Part shown: piece by piece, positions 34,540 through 44,998 of the stretch
How positions within the stretch are numbered: the stretch's first letter is position 1
How the letters are laid out: every line of letters begins with the position of its first letter
Assembly (NCBI GenBank): GCA_016658885.1
Contig: GCA_016658885.1_4807.1
Source of the DNA: a phage
Direction: 5' to 3' (one strand)
DNA: 64,000 nucleotides
Translations under genes and position numbers: made by a program
The notes under the pieces: generated by a model
What the model was told of the DNA's origin: nothing
Seen by the model: the letters and a program-made list of their open reading frames with translations, nothing else
The model's database searches: none

Positions 34540-35400
34540 ATGTCTAAGAAAGAAACTACCGAAGTTGCAGTGAAAAACACCCAGATGTCCGCTATGGCTG
34601 ATTTTGTCGATATGACCGATTTTGGCGCTGGTTTTGAAGGTGCCGATGCCGACGCTTATGCCATTCCTTTTATCGTCGTACTGCAAAAGATGTCTCCGAT
34701 GGTCGACGAAGATGATCCAAAACACGTGCCTGGCGCAAAAGCTGGTATGTTGTACAACACCGTTACTGGTGAATTGTATGACGGCAAGAAAGGTGTGCAG
34801 ATCATCCCTTGCGCATTCAAACGCACCTTCATTCTTTGGGGCGGTCGCGAGTCCGACGATAAAGGCTTTAAAGGTGAATTCACCAAAGAGCACGTTGATG
34901 CAGAAGTCGCGGCAGGCCGCGCTGTTGAGATCAACGGTAAGGTATTCGTGCCGGACGAAAACGGCAAGGTGCACGAGAAGAAATCTCCTTACTACGCAGA
35001 TACACGTAACCACTTCGTGATTCTGTTGAACGAAGAAACTGGTGAATTTGGTAGTGCAATGCTGTCTCTGACTTCTTCCATGATCAAGCCGTCTCGCATG
35101 CTGATGACCGCTCTGCAGCAGAAGAAAGTTCAGACTCCGCAGGGTCTGAAAACTCCGCCGACCTTTATGAACATCGTTCGCATGGGTACTGCGTCTCAGT
35201 CCAAAGACGGCAACACCTGGTCCGTCCTGAAGTTTGAGCTGGAAGGTCTGGTGCAGGACAAAGGTCTGTATGAAGTCGCCAAGGCATTCCACAACGACGT
35301 AGTTGGCGGTAACGTTAACATTGACCGCAGCAAGCAGGAAGAAGCAAGCGGTGCCGCTGGTCCTGTCAATGAAACTCCGACCGACGCAGAAGAGTTTTAA
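34540..35400 (+). CDS. putative single-stranded DNA-binding / annealing protein
   Basis: Acidic C-terminal tail ending DAEEF, as in SSB-type tails; position within replication module; tentative. Confidence 0.4.
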   Translation: MSKKETTEVAVKNTQMSAMADFVDMTDFGAGFEGADADAYAIPFIVVLQKMSPMVDEDDPKHVPGAKAGMLYNTVTGELYDGKKGVQIIPCAFKRTFILWGGRESDDKGFKGEFTKEHVDAEVAAGRAVEINGKVFVPDENGKVHEKKSPYYADTRNHFVILLNEETGEFGSAMLSLTSSMIKPSRMLMTALQQKKVQTPQGLKTPPTFMNIVRMGTASQSKDGNTWSVLKFELEGLVQDKGLYEVAKAFHNDVVGGNVNIDRSKQEEASGAAGPVNETPTDAEEF

Positions 35401-35419
35401 TCGACAATCAAATCAACAA

Positions 35420-35446
35420 GGCTGCCGTTTGGCGGCCTTTTATTTA
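35420..35446 (+). terminator. rho-independent terminator
   Basis: GGCTGCCG-ttt-GGCGGCC followed by TTTTATTT. Confidence 0.6.
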
Positions 35447-35457
35447 TCTGGTGCATC

Positions 35458-35973
35458 ATGATAGAAAGAATTGTACCGCTACTGAAGATTCTGGCCCTTG
35501 TTGGCGCGTTCGCCGCTGGATCATACGTTGAAGACCTTCAGCAAACCAACGCATCACTGGTCAAGGATAATCAATATCTGACAACGCTTAATGAGCGTAA
35601 GGACAAGATAAATGCACTCGAAGAGCAAATTGCATCTTTACAGGTTGAATCGGCATCGGCATATGAGAAGGGTCGCCAGGAAGCGCAACTGGTTGCTGAT
35701 GACACTATTGCTCGTTACAAGTCTGGGAATATCAAGCTGCGCGAGCAACTCAGCTGCTCCCGTGAATTACTCAGGAGTATGCCCGACTCTGCGACCACTG
35801 GACGCCTCTCTATCCCAGAAGGAAACTGTGGACTATCAGAAGAGGATGTCAGATTTCTTGTTCAGTTCGCCGCAGAAACAAATCGATTAAAAGAGAAAGT
35901 TAATAGCTTGATTGATACTTATAATCAGGCTAAAATAAAAATCGATCAATTCAATGCATCAAAGGAAAAATAA
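35458..35973 (+). CDS. i-spanin (Rz-like)
   Basis: N-terminal TM helix, then coiled-coil; contains embedded +1-frame lipoprotein ORF. Confidence 0.6.
   Translation: MIERIVPLLKILALVGAFAAGSYVEDLQQTNASLVKDNQYLTTLNERKDKINALEEQIASLQVESASAYEKGRQEAQLVADDTIARYKSGNIKLREQLSCSRELLRSMPDSATTGRLSIPEGNCGLSEEDVRFLVQFAAETNRLKEKVNSLIDTYNQAKIKIDQFNASKEK
35699..35890 (+). CDS. o-spanin (Rz1-like outer-membrane lipoprotein), embedded
   Basis: MTLLLVTSLGISSC signal with lipobox Cys; Pro-containing mature part; wholly inside 35458..35973. Confidence 0.55.
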   Translation: MTLLLVTSLGISSCASNSAAPVNYSGVCPTLRPLDASLSQKETVDYQKRMSDFLFSSPQKQID

Positions 35974-36597
35974 ATGAACCAGATTTATGCAAACATTCGC
36001 CAGTGGGCTTCTGACCGTAACATCATCCAAGGTTGCGACCTTAAGGACCAATACCCGAAGCTTATCAGCGAGTTTGGGGAGTTAACCGATCACGTTGATC
36101 AACTCCATGACCTTGTGTTCTTCGACCCTGAAATTGGATATACAGAGCAGGCCATCTGTGACTTGCAAGCTGCAATCAAGGACGACATTGGCGATTGTCT
36201 TGTTGTGTTGACCATCCTGGCGGCGCAAAACGGTACTGAAATCGAAAACATTAATGGCGGCGGTTGTGCTGATAAAGGCGCTCACCCTCATTCATTCATC
36301 CTTCGCCTGGCAAAGACTCTCGGACGGCTTGGTGATGCTATTGCTAAGAATCAGACCATGGATATTGACGTCACCATCATGGCCGCAGTCGATTACCTTT
36401 CCGGCGTAGCTCATGATTATGGCCTTCGCTTATCCGACTGTGCGCAAGCGGCCTACGAAGACATCAAGGACCGCAAAGGTGTCATGTACAACGGAACGTT
36501 CATCAAATCTACTGATCCAGCTTATGAGCACTCCTGCAAAATGGTAAAGAAGCTGGAACTTGAAGACCGTGTGATCAGAGAAGTTACAGGACAATAA
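35974..36597 (+). CDS. MazG-like nucleoside triphosphate pyrophosphohydrolase
   Basis: EFGELTDHV and DDIGDCLVVLTILAAQNG helical motifs. Confidence 0.5.
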   Translation: MNQIYANIRQWASDRNIIQGCDLKDQYPKLISEFGELTDHVDQLHDLVFFDPEIGYTEQAICDLQAAIKDDIGDCLVVLTILAAQNGTEIENINGGGCADKGAHPHSFILRLAKTLGRLGDAIAKNQTMDIDVTIMAAVDYLSGVAHDYGLRLSDCAQAAYEDIKDRKGVMYNGTFIKSTDPAYEHSCKMVKKLELEDRVIREVTGQ

Positions 36598-36599
36598 TT

Positions 36600-37562
36600 A
36601 TGACAGCATTAAAACCAATGAAGGGTTGCCAACGTAAGCAGATTATCGAGCGCGGCGAGGACGTGCCGCTGCCTTGCGGACTGTCATTCAAGGTTGATGG
36701 CATACGTGCAATGGCGTATGACAACTTGCCAATGGGCACTTCCGGCATGCCGTTGCGCAACGTTCAAATCAAAAAAGAGTTCCTCTTTTTGGGTGAACTA
36801 ATTCACGGACTTGATGGAGAGCTAATCGACGGCAATCCAAATGATAAGAACGTCATGCAACAGGCCTATACTGCATGCATGAATACTGATGCAATCACTA
36901 ACTTTACATGGTGGGTGTTTGATGACTTCAGCGACCCTGATTTGCCTTTTGAAAAGCGTTATGCAAACTATCGCGCTAGAGTTGCTGAAGTCAATCAGCA
37001 CCTCATCAACCATGGTCGACGCCCATTCCTTCGCGCTCTCGAATATCGAAACATCGAAAATATGGAACAGTACGCGGCGATGCAAATCGAAGCAGACCAA
37101 CTTGGCTATGAAGGCTTGTATGGCAAGTCTTGGACGGGCAAATACAAGCATGGCCGCGCGACGCCAAAGTCACGTGATGTGTGGAAGGACAAGCCGTGGA
37201 CCGATGAAGAAGGACTGATCATAGACTTCGTTGAGATGATGGAGAACAACAACGAAGCATTCATTGATGAGTTGGGTCGCACTAAGCGTTCGAAAGAGGC
37301 TGAAGGCTTAGTTGCAAAAGGATACCTTGGATCATTTGTGGTTGTCAATCCAAAATATGTTGATGAGAAAGGTGAAATGATTCCTTTCCGCGTCTCCGCT
37401 GGTTCAATGCCTATGGCAGAGAGAAAAATGCTTTGGGAGAATCGCGAGAATTATCGCAACAAGTATCTGACATATAAATTCTTCAACTTTGGCATCGTTG
37501 ACGTGCCGCGCTCTGCCTTGTATAAATGCTTCCGTGATATTACCGATATGGAGTATTTTTAA
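36600..37562 (+). CDS. ATP-dependent DNA ligase
   Basis: Adenylation motif SFKVDGIRA (KxDGxR) about 40 aa from N-terminus. Confidence 0.65.
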   Translation: MTALKPMKGCQRKQIIERGEDVPLPCGLSFKVDGIRAMAYDNLPMGTSGMPLRNVQIKKEFLFLGELIHGLDGELIDGNPNDKNVMQQAYTACMNTDAITNFTWWVFDDFSDPDLPFEKRYANYRARVAEVNQHLINHGRRPFLRALEYRNIENMEQYAAMQIEADQLGYEGLYGKSWTGKYKHGRATPKSRDVWKDKPWTDEEGLIIDFVEMMENNNEAFIDELGRTKRSKEAEGLVAKGYLGSFVVVNPKYVDEKGEMIPFRVSAGSMPMAERKMLWENRENYRNKYLTYKFFNFGIVDVPRSALYKCFRDITDMEYF

Positions 37563-37636
37563 CACACTGGATAAATAATTGGTGCGTATAATCTATCGCG
37601 CCGTTTTCTAGAATTTAATATACAGTGTATACATAA

Positions 37637-37664
37637 AGCCGGAAATTTCCGGCTTTTCTTTTAT
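37637..37664 (+). terminator. rho-independent terminator
   Basis: AAGCCGGAAATTTCCGGCTT palindrome followed by TTCTTTTATTT. Confidence 0.7.
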
Positions 37665-37738
37665 TTACCTTTCGCCTTATTTACTTTCAAAACCTTCGGC
37701 CTATACTATTAATATTCGTAATCAAAAGGTGAATTATA

Positions 37739-38281
37739 ATGAAATCGAAAACTTTAAAGATTGTTTTGATCACCATCATGGCTATGCTGACAGTCTTGTT
37801 CTTCACCAAAAGTGCAGCGGCTGAAAGTATGTTTACGCCGCCAAATAGTAATGCCAAAGTGTTAACGAGATATTTTAACAACGGCCAATCGTTCGAATTT
37901 TGCTGGAATAAATATGATGTGATAAAGGAAAGGTTTGACAAGGAAAAGATGTGTGTAATGAATGATCGCGGTCGCCAAGTCGTGTCGTTTGTGTTCGGAA
38001 TGTCAATGGTAAAAGTTGATGCCCCTGAAATCGTTGTCAGGTATAATACATTGGACAGCGGCCTTGTCGACAAGACATACCCTGTTGCAGTAGACAGCAG
38101 GACAGGCGGCGCACTAATACTCACTCCAGAAGATAAATCAGATGTCGTTAACATGCTCATCAACAGCAAAGACGTAATCGTGTTTTATCACATTGAAGGC
38201 GTATCAGACTACCAAATGGCCTACTATCCACTGCCCTTGAGAGATGCTTCAGGTAATGTTAAGACACAGGAAGTGCGTTGA
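37739..38281 (+). CDS. secreted/periplasmic protein (180 aa)
   Basis: Signal-peptide-like MKSKTLKIVLITIMAMLTVLFFTKSAAA. Confidence 0.5.
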   Translation: MKSKTLKIVLITIMAMLTVLFFTKSAAAESMFTPPNSNAKVLTRYFNNGQSFEFCWNKYDVIKERFDKEKMCVMNDRGRQVVSFVFGMSMVKVDAPEIVVRYNTLDSGLVDKTYPVAVDSRTGGALILTPEDKSDVVNMLINSKDVIVFYHIEGVSDYQMAYYPLPLRDASGNVKTQEVR

Positions 38282-38508
38282 CATGGGTGGTAGTTATGCA
38301 GAAAGATTTGGAAGAAAACAAAAGGCTGAAAAAGGCTTTGACGTCTCAAATCTTATCCCTGTTAGTAAAGCTTATTGGGGAGTCAATTAGCAACAAGGTG
38401 GCACGGGCCGCGATTGTGGGTGCAATTGGTATGGCGGGGTATTATTTCGACTTACCAGACATTGATACAAGTTCCGCTCCGCCCGTCCAAGTTGAAGCCG
38501 TAAAATAA
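38278..38508 (+). CDS. small membrane protein, candidate holin
   Basis: Hydrophobic segment AAIVGAIGMAGYYF; convergent with endolysin gene; tentative. Confidence 0.35.
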   Translation: MTWVVVMQKDLEENKRLKKALTSQILSLLVKLIGESISNKVARAAIVGAIGMAGYYFDLPDIDTSSAPPVQVEAVK

Positions 38509-38510
38509 AC

Positions 38511-38535
38511 AAAGGCCCATATGGGCCTTTTTCTT
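38511..38535. terminator. bidirectional rho-independent terminator
   Basis: AAAGGCCCATATGGGCCTTT palindrome flanked by A/T runs between convergent genes. Confidence 0.7.
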
Positions 38536-39178
38536 ACATAACTGCTAGTGCATCTTTGTAACGCTTTCTTCGCAACTCACCGTGGTTTGCTGCGTTCGGC
38601 GCGGCCCCGTTAATGCGCTTAACGGTTGAATCAAAATTTCCTGCATCCGCAAGAGGAATACAGCCGCTATTCTTAAAGAACCATGCCGCGCTGTCAGCAA
38701 TGTATTTTGGTTCAGTCAGAATATCAGGATTGTTCAATGCATCATAACCTGATTGACGCGTATATTCCGCATAGTTCGCCTTACCAGTCAGCTGAATGGC
38801 ACCACGGCCACGGTACTTCCAACCGTCGCCAGATGCTACTGAACCGTTGCCCATGCGGTTTGCATATGTATTATTGGCGATTTCCACAGGTTTACGGGCA
38901 ATCGACAGTGCCAATGAGTTCGGGGCACTTCCAGAGCGACCGTTGACGCTGTAACGACTAGGCCATGTATTGGCAAGACCTTGAGCGGAATAATTCAGAT
39001 TTTCCACAAAGGTCTTCAGACTGCCTGTTTCCACTCCTACGTTTGCAAGCAGCGCCGCGACGGCATTCTTGCTTTTGATTCCGTAGTGCTCACAAGCCTT
39101 CTTGAAGGGGTCGACCCATTTTTCAGCAACATCCATGCTGCATCCGGTCCCTTTAGATATTACGTTTGCATTAATCAT
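38534..39178 (-). CDS. endolysin, glycoside hydrolase family 19 (chitinase-like)
   Basis: NYSAQGLANTW, YRGRGAIQLTGKANY motifs. Confidence 0.7.
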   Translation of the reverse strand: MINANVISKGTGCSMDVAEKWVDPFKKACEHYGIKSKNAVAALLANVGVETGSLKTFVENLNYSAQGLANTWPSRYSVNGRSGSAPNSLALSIARKPVEIANNTYANRMGNGSVASGDGWKYRGRGAIQLTGKANYAEYTRQSGYDALNNPDILTEPKYIADSAAWFFKNSGCIPLADAGNFDSTVKRINGAAPNAANHGELRRKRYKDALAVM

Positions 39179-39186
39179 AAATCACC

Positions 39187-40971
39187 TTATGCGCTTCTGT
39201 ACCAGCCGTTCAAGACGACATATCGCGGCAGAGTTGAAACAGCCGTCGGCACGGACTGTCCTGCATCGCCAGTGTTACCGACCACATCGTGAGTGTGAGC
39301 GGGAAGTGTATAGCTGTGGCTGTGATTGCCGGAAAATTGAATATTCAAGCCATGGGTGTGTGAACCAGAAGATTGAATATTGTGGACATGGTTGCCGTTA
39401 GTTGAAGTGTTGAATTTGTAGTTATCATAATCCGTCTTTCTGCTTCCAATGTTGTTGTTTGTTCCATCATAAACTCCGTATCGAGCTTGGTCGGCAAACG
39501 CCTCGCCCCATCCGCTGTCGTGATGGTGGTTACCAGCTGCATCCATACCGTGAGAGTGAGCACCGTTTTGGCTTGTATCACCTATGTGGTTATGGTTGCC
39601 TGCGTCTCCAGTGGTATTTGACCATGGACCACTTTGTCGCGTGGTAATGTTCACGCTGTGATTGTGGAGTGGAAGCATTGCAGCGGTAAGGGTAACAGAG
39701 TCTGCACCGCCAGTATCAAGACCGTTTCGCGCCGTGCCAGACGTGCGAATCACCATGTTATCAGGCAACCTTGTCCATACCTGACCGTAAGCGCCCAGTT
39801 TAGTATTTGGGTTAGTCCCGTTGGTAAGGAATCGAGTCTCACCAACTTCGAATACGTCGCCCATGGTAATCAACTTCGCGGCAAGCGCGTCAAGTTGCCT
39901 TTTGGTAACAAACTGCTGCGGCTCCGTAGCATCAACGCCGATTTGCGCCGCGCCGAATGCCTGAAGAAGACGCCAAACAGTGCCGTCATAGATGATGGTG
40001 AATGGCAACAGGCCTACGATAGCGCCAGCTGGCAACTCGCCGCCGTCGAATCCAAGGACGGCAACTTTGTTTACACCAATGGTCACGGTGACAGGTCCGG
40101 TAGTCGTTACATCATTGACGATTGTCAGGCGACTACCTGCTGACGGAGGCCATGAATAACCTGCTGGGACGGTAAGGATTATGTCTTGCGCTCCTTTGCC
40201 TGATGCAAGATTCGGCGTTCCAATTTGCACGTCTTGAACAGTGGCATTTTGAATCCAAGCACTCCAAGCACCAGAAGTATAAGAGCGAGTAAACAAATAG
40301 CCATTCATTGATGTATATTGCTGCAAGGCAAAGGTCTGCGCATCGACCTGCCAAGCGCAGACCTGCAGCCGACCTGCAACCTTCGTTGCGCCAACCGCAT
40401 TCGGGATGTTAGAGCACAGAGCGGCGACGGAATCGGATTGAATCACGATAGTTGTGGAAGTCGTGATATTATCGAAGTCCACAAAGCTTGAAATCAATCC
40501 GCGAACGAAGTACGGGTTTTGCGCATCGCCGCCAGCAGGCATCGGAATGTATTTTCGCGCTTCGCTGGGCAGTGTTAATTCCTGCCAAGATTCCGTTTCT
40601 CCGTTGGCTGGGACGGCGCTGGTGTTGCCGTCAACCACGCTCTGGAAAATGCGCCACTCAGGCGCTGAAGGAGTTCCAGAGTTGCTTACTACGATGGCGT
40701 TTTTTGGGTATCCATCCGGCTTCAAGTCAGACGAGAAATACTGTTGAGCGCCGTGGTCCTGGATGAACATCAGGTTGTCGGTGATCAGATTCAACAACCA
40801 GTTCATCGACTCACGTTCAACCGCTTTCGCGGCGACGTTTCCAGCTTCCAGAGCAAGTGCATAGTCAGGGGTGTAGCCGCGCTGGAAGTTCACATAACCG
40901 CTTGGGCTTGCATCCGGCACCACGGATACATCACCGCTTTGCGCGAAAGGTCTGTTAATAAGTGTTGGCAT
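39187..40971 (-). CDS. tail fibre protein with His-rich C-terminal region
   Basis: Repeated HxH (HNHIGD, GNHHHD, HSHSY, HTHD) near C-terminus; start trimmed to ATG 40971 after GAGGAA. Confidence 0.6.
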   Translation of the reverse strand: MPTLINRPFAQSGDVSVVPDASPSGYVNFQRGYTPDYALALEAGNVAAKAVERESMNWLLNLITDNLMFIQDHGAQQYFSSDLKPDGYPKNAIVVSNSGTPSAPEWRIFQSVVDGNTSAVPANGETESWQELTLPSEARKYIPMPAGGDAQNPYFVRGLISSFVDFDNITTSTTIVIQSDSVAALCSNIPNAVGATKVAGRLQVCAWQVDAQTFALQQYTSMNGYLFTRSYTSGAWSAWIQNATVQDVQIGTPNLASGKGAQDIILTVPAGYSWPPSAGSRLTIVNDVTTTGPVTVTIGVNKVAVLGFDGGELPAGAIVGLLPFTIIYDGTVWRLLQAFGAAQIGVDATEPQQFVTKRQLDALAAKLITMGDVFEVGETRFLTNGTNPNTKLGAYGQVWTRLPDNMVIRTSGTARNGLDTGGADSVTLTAAMLPLHNHSVNITTRQSGPWSNTTGDAGNHNHIGDTSQNGAHSHGMDAAGNHHHDSGWGEAFADQARYGVYDGTNNNIGSRKTDYDNYKFNTSTNGNHVHNIQSSGSHTHGLNIQFSGNHSHSYTLPAHTHDVVGNTGDAGQSVPTAVSTLPRYVVLNGWYRSA

Positions 40972-40981
40972 TGCCGTTCCT

Positions 40982-43720
40982 CTACACGATGTATTTAATT
41001 TTTGATAAAAGGGTCGACGCCCAATCACCAGTTAAGTCAGTTATGTTCATGCTTGAAACATAACCGCCAGCAGCACTTCTTGGAAAGTTTACTGTTGCTA
41101 CAACGTCACCATTCGAAGCAATCAATTGAACTCCAGTGGCAAGTGATCCTGGGTTTTTGATGTATATAGAAGTTGCAGTTTTCTTTGCAAAGTCTTCGCT
41201 TGTTGAAATCGCAAGCGCATTCATCGTATCTCCAGACACAAGCATCAAGCTTAAAATATCAAGTTCAAGAGTCGTGCCAACTTCGGTCGGCAAGTCTTTT
41301 CCTGATATCAATCCGATGCTGATGCCGCCTGTTGATCCATCCCAGTTAGCTCCTGCCACAATCTCAGCGGCAAGGTCAATCTCAATGCGCTGTAAATCAC
41401 CAACACCGATGTTATAGAATTTAGGGATATAGCCGCCCATTCCATCCGGTACAGTTACAAAAAGCTTCTGCCCGTTAACCGTGTTGTTTTTGACTATCGC
41501 AATGAATGATAAAGGACCAGTAAGCGTTCCAGTATATTTTGTTGCGAGAACGGCGCGTGCATAACCGGACGTTGGCACAGTCCCTATTGTAGCGGAAAGC
41601 TTGAATGATGGGAACTGGTTGGGCGCTCCGCTTATTGGCGTTGCCGTCACTGTGTTTGCACCATCCTTGACGATGTTACCAAATGAAGTTCCATCATTCG
41701 GCTGAGTATAGCGCCAATAGTTTGTGATGGCTGCACGCGGAATTTCACGACCAAAGTCATCGCGAGAAGCTTTTGAGATTGAATAGTCGTTGACAAGAGC
41801 GCCATCTACGACTTGGTTCACACCTTTCAAAGATTCAAGCTGGCGTATGACGCCGTTGAAGTTGTTAAGCGGCCATTCGTTAATGCCGCCAACTCTGATG
41901 ACGCCATCAGTGTTAATCCACGCAACGCCTTCCGTTTCAAATCCTACTCGCGTGTCCGTTATGTCGCTGACAGTCAAATCAATATCAGATAAGTCTGCGA
42001 CTTCTTGGTAAAGCTGCCAACGTATTCCGGCATTTGCTGGCAAGAATCCTTCATTCCTGTCGCCAACTAGCGTCTTAAAGTTGTCTGACAGGTTGTTGGC
42101 GAAATAAGGTCCGATGACGTATTCCATGTAATAGTCGGCGGTCGGCGGCGGCGGTACTCCATCCAGCCTGCTAACGTTCCATGAGCGTCTGATTCCATCA
42201 GTCTCTGCAATCAATGTGGCGTTCCCTGGGTACGGGTAGCCGCCGATTGAGCCAGAGTATGCAAGTGATGAGCCAGGTTGCATGAATGACTCTCCAACCA
42301 CGCCGTTTCTTGTCGTCAGCGGCCCGTTCGCACAGGAGATGTTATTGAGCGTTCCCGCCGTTACAGACAGGATTGCTGTTCCGTCAGAAGGAGGGTTTTG
42401 CGTTCCATAAAAATAAGGCTCAGGCCCATTAGGGTTTTGAACAGGGTCGCAGACGCAAATCGAGTATCCAAATAAAAGAGCATCAGACCCTTCAGGCAAT
42501 TCACGAGTTTGAGTTGATCCAGCGGCAGTGGCCTTCAACTCTATTGAAAAGCTGGTACTTACTCCAGAAGCAGCGGTTGCCGTCTGCTCTACAATCCAGA
42601 TTCGATACCAATCGCCGCCGATTGCTTTTATGCCACCACGGCTTGATTCCCTTCTTACTCCATCAAATTTTCCTGTAATGAAGTAGCTCAAAGACGGGTC
42701 CAAGTTGAACTGTCCAGTGACGGGATCAAACAGCTTTCCATTACTCGATGCATCACTATTCTCTGTAACAGAAACAGAAGCGACGTTTTCAGAAAGCACC
42801 TTTATGTAGAAGCTATAGCAAACGTTGACGCCAGCCTGCGAAGGAAGCGAAATTGATTTGGCACTTGGATTATTGGCCAAAGAATACACAGGCTCACCGC
42901 TTGAAGCCGTCTTGACTACCCTTACTGCGTTCGCAAAATTCTCTATGGCCTCGCCTGGGTAATCACCACACAACTGTCCATAGTAATCAGGACCACCATA
43001 CTGTCTAGTGTCGCCGCCGACAAGGCCTGTGCCGGAACCATTCCCCCATGAGTACCAATCTGGGTGCGCCATACGTGACACGGTGCCTGACACTCCGCTG
43101 ATGGTAAGTCCTGCGTTGTTGCCATGGCTTAAAAGTATCTGCTTATAATCGTGCTGAATCTCAGTTGACCCTTGCCAGTCGTACAGAAGGAATGAGCCAT
43201 TGGTTGATTCAGACGAAGACACCGCGCCTTGAGTATTGTCGGTCACATATGCGTAGCGTGATGAAGAATAATCCCAAGCCTCTCCACGGTTGAAAATCCA
43301 CTTAAGCATGCGGTTGATGCTTTCGATGCGGCCATCACTTGTAAGCGTCAGATAACGAAGCTTAAGAAGTATGCGCGCTTCTTCGATATTCTTTACAACC
43401 TTCCCGCCAGCACCAAAGAAGTTGCCGCCGATGTTGTCAGCACCTTCAAAGTTGTCGCGCGTCGGTCCGAACGCCCAGTTGTGCTCATAATTGCTTAAGT
43501 CCACAAAGTCTCTTGGTATGCAAAGAATGTCGCACCAAATATAAATGCCCATTGCATCACAAGTGTCAATGTTGAAAATGTTGTTGTACCAGTCAGTCCA
43601 AAACTGATCTTGGTATCTTTCATACCAGTCACTTTTCTTTTGCACCAAAGACGTGATGTTTGGCGCATTGTTCTGCATCCACTTAAGGTTTTGCAACAGG
43701 TTTGTGTCAAACTTTTGCAT
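40982..43720 (-). CDS. large baseplate wedge / tail fibre-associated structural protein (912 aa)
   Basis: Position between baseplate J-like gene and tail fibre; no specific motif. Confidence 0.45.
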   Translation of the reverse strand: MQKFDTNLLQNLKWMQNNAPNITSLVQKKSDWYERYQDQFWTDWYNNIFNIDTCDAMGIYIWCDILCIPRDFVDLSNYEHNWAFGPTRDNFEGADNIGGNFFGAGGKVVKNIEEARILLKLRYLTLTSDGRIESINRMLKWIFNRGEAWDYSSSRYAYVTDNTQGAVSSSESTNGSFLLYDWQGSTEIQHDYKQILLSHGNNAGLTISGVSGTVSRMAHPDWYSWGNGSGTGLVGGDTRQYGGPDYYGQLCGDYPGEAIENFANAVRVVKTASSGEPVYSLANNPSAKSISLPSQAGVNVCYSFYIKVLSENVASVSVTENSDASSNGKLFDPVTGQFNLDPSLSYFITGKFDGVRRESSRGGIKAIGGDWYRIWIVEQTATAASGVSTSFSIELKATAAGSTQTRELPEGSDALLFGYSICVCDPVQNPNGPEPYFYGTQNPPSDGTAILSVTAGTLNNISCANGPLTTRNGVVGESFMQPGSSLAYSGSIGGYPYPGNATLIAETDGIRRSWNVSRLDGVPPPPTADYYMEYVIGPYFANNLSDNFKTLVGDRNEGFLPANAGIRWQLYQEVADLSDIDLTVSDITDTRVGFETEGVAWINTDGVIRVGGINEWPLNNFNGVIRQLESLKGVNQVVDGALVNDYSISKASRDDFGREIPRAAITNYWRYTQPNDGTSFGNIVKDGANTVTATPISGAPNQFPSFKLSATIGTVPTSGYARAVLATKYTGTLTGPLSFIAIVKNNTVNGQKLFVTVPDGMGGYIPKFYNIGVGDLQRIEIDLAAEIVAGANWDGSTGGISIGLISGKDLPTEVGTTLELDILSLMLVSGDTMNALAISTSEDFAKKTATSIYIKNPGSLATGVQLIASNGDVVATVNFPRSAAGGYVSSMNITDLTGDWASTLLSKIKYIV

Positions 43721-43726
43721 AGTTCC

Positions 43727-44998
43727 TCACACAAATTTAACGTTGATGAAGCCGCGCATAGTATTAGCCTTATCCCAAGGATTGGCAATCCACTCGCTGC
43801 CGTAATCGGATGGATAATTTGGCGCTGCCTGTCCGCTTTTTACTGCTGCAATTTTGCAATCTTTAATATACAAGCCTGGATACTCGCAAGACACTGCTGA
43901 AGCAATTTCAAAAGAAGATTGAGATTGACCTACTGTATATCCTTGCTCACCGTTAAAATTTCCATTACCGTAATTCAACACAGCGGCAATAATAGATTCG
44001 GCATCGGCGGTTGCGGTGCCTCTTACAACAGTAATGTCGACATACAAGTCATATATGACAGCAGTGTTGAACTTTACGAAATAAGACAGTTGCGATTCTT
44101 CGTCGACAACTTCTATTCCATCAGGCGAGTTGACTGGATCACCCTGGTTGGTGGCACCAAAGTCCCACGGCTGGCCACCCATCTTTGCCTTGAAAATAGT
44201 CTCAGCAAAAACTTGCTTATCGAACGTTCCGCTTGCGCACACCCAGACACCGTTAGGCGTTGAAAAGGTGATGCCGCGCACCGTTCCAGGCAATCCAGTG
44301 TCATTCTCCACGACCATCACCGATTCCACGCCGTCGACCGACATGGCGCGAGCGCGAATAGCACCAAGCGATGCAACGCCCTGCTGGTAAAGGCGCTTAA
44401 CGCGAGCGGCCTTTAACGCTCCGTCGCCCATGTATTGCGTACCTGGTACGGTCGTCGTTGCTGATGTTGAATACGTTCTTGACCATCCGATGACGTCATA
44501 TCCTTGCACCACGGTGAACTCTTCATCAGGTGCAACAGTAAATGAGCCATACTCTTTTGATGCAAGAGTCATGTTGCTTGTCTTGCCAGTCGAAGTGATT
44601 TGAACGTCTTCAAGAACATACCAGTATGTACCGTTTGAATCCGTTAGCAAACTTCCAGCAGGAATTTCCAACAGCGGCGTTCCTTCTGCGGTAATTCCTT
44701 TCAACATCGTGCTGATGTTTTTCGTTCGCTCAATACCAAGCAACGCCGCGATGGCATCAAGGTATACGCCATATGAATAATTAGGGTTGATGAGACTTCC
44801 CAGCTCGGCGTTGTTCTTCATGACTGAAGTTCTTGCCAAAGTCTCTGTCGCGATTAGGGTGCCTTGCGGTGTCGAGGCATCAACGTCAAGCCCGACCCCT
44901 AATGACTCAATCCATTCACTTTGAACATCAGCCAGCAAATCGGCTGTGTCGATGGTTATTACACCAGTGCTTACTATGTAAGAATATTGTGCACTCAT
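43727..44998 (-). CDS. baseplate J-like protein
   Basis: Size and position; resemblance judged from memory only. Confidence 0.5.
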   Translation of the reverse strand: MSAQYSYIVSTGVITIDTADLLADVQSEWIESLGVGLDVDASTPQGTLIATETLARTSVMKNNAELGSLINPNYSYGVYLDAIAALLGIERTKNISTMLKGITAEGTPLLEIPAGSLLTDSNGTYWYVLEDVQITSTGKTSNMTLASKEYGSFTVAPDEEFTVVQGYDVIGWSRTYSTSATTTVPGTQYMGDGALKAARVKRLYQQGVASLGAIRARAMSVDGVESVMVVENDTGLPGTVRGITFSTPNGVWVCASGTFDKQVFAETIFKAKMGGQPWDFGATNQGDPVNSPDGIEVVDEESQLSYFVKFNTAVIYDLYVDITVVRGTATADAESIIAAVLNYGNGNFNGEQGYTVGQSQSSFEIASAVSCEYPGLYIKDCKIAAVKSGQAAPNYPSDYGSEWIANPWDKANTMRGFINVKFV

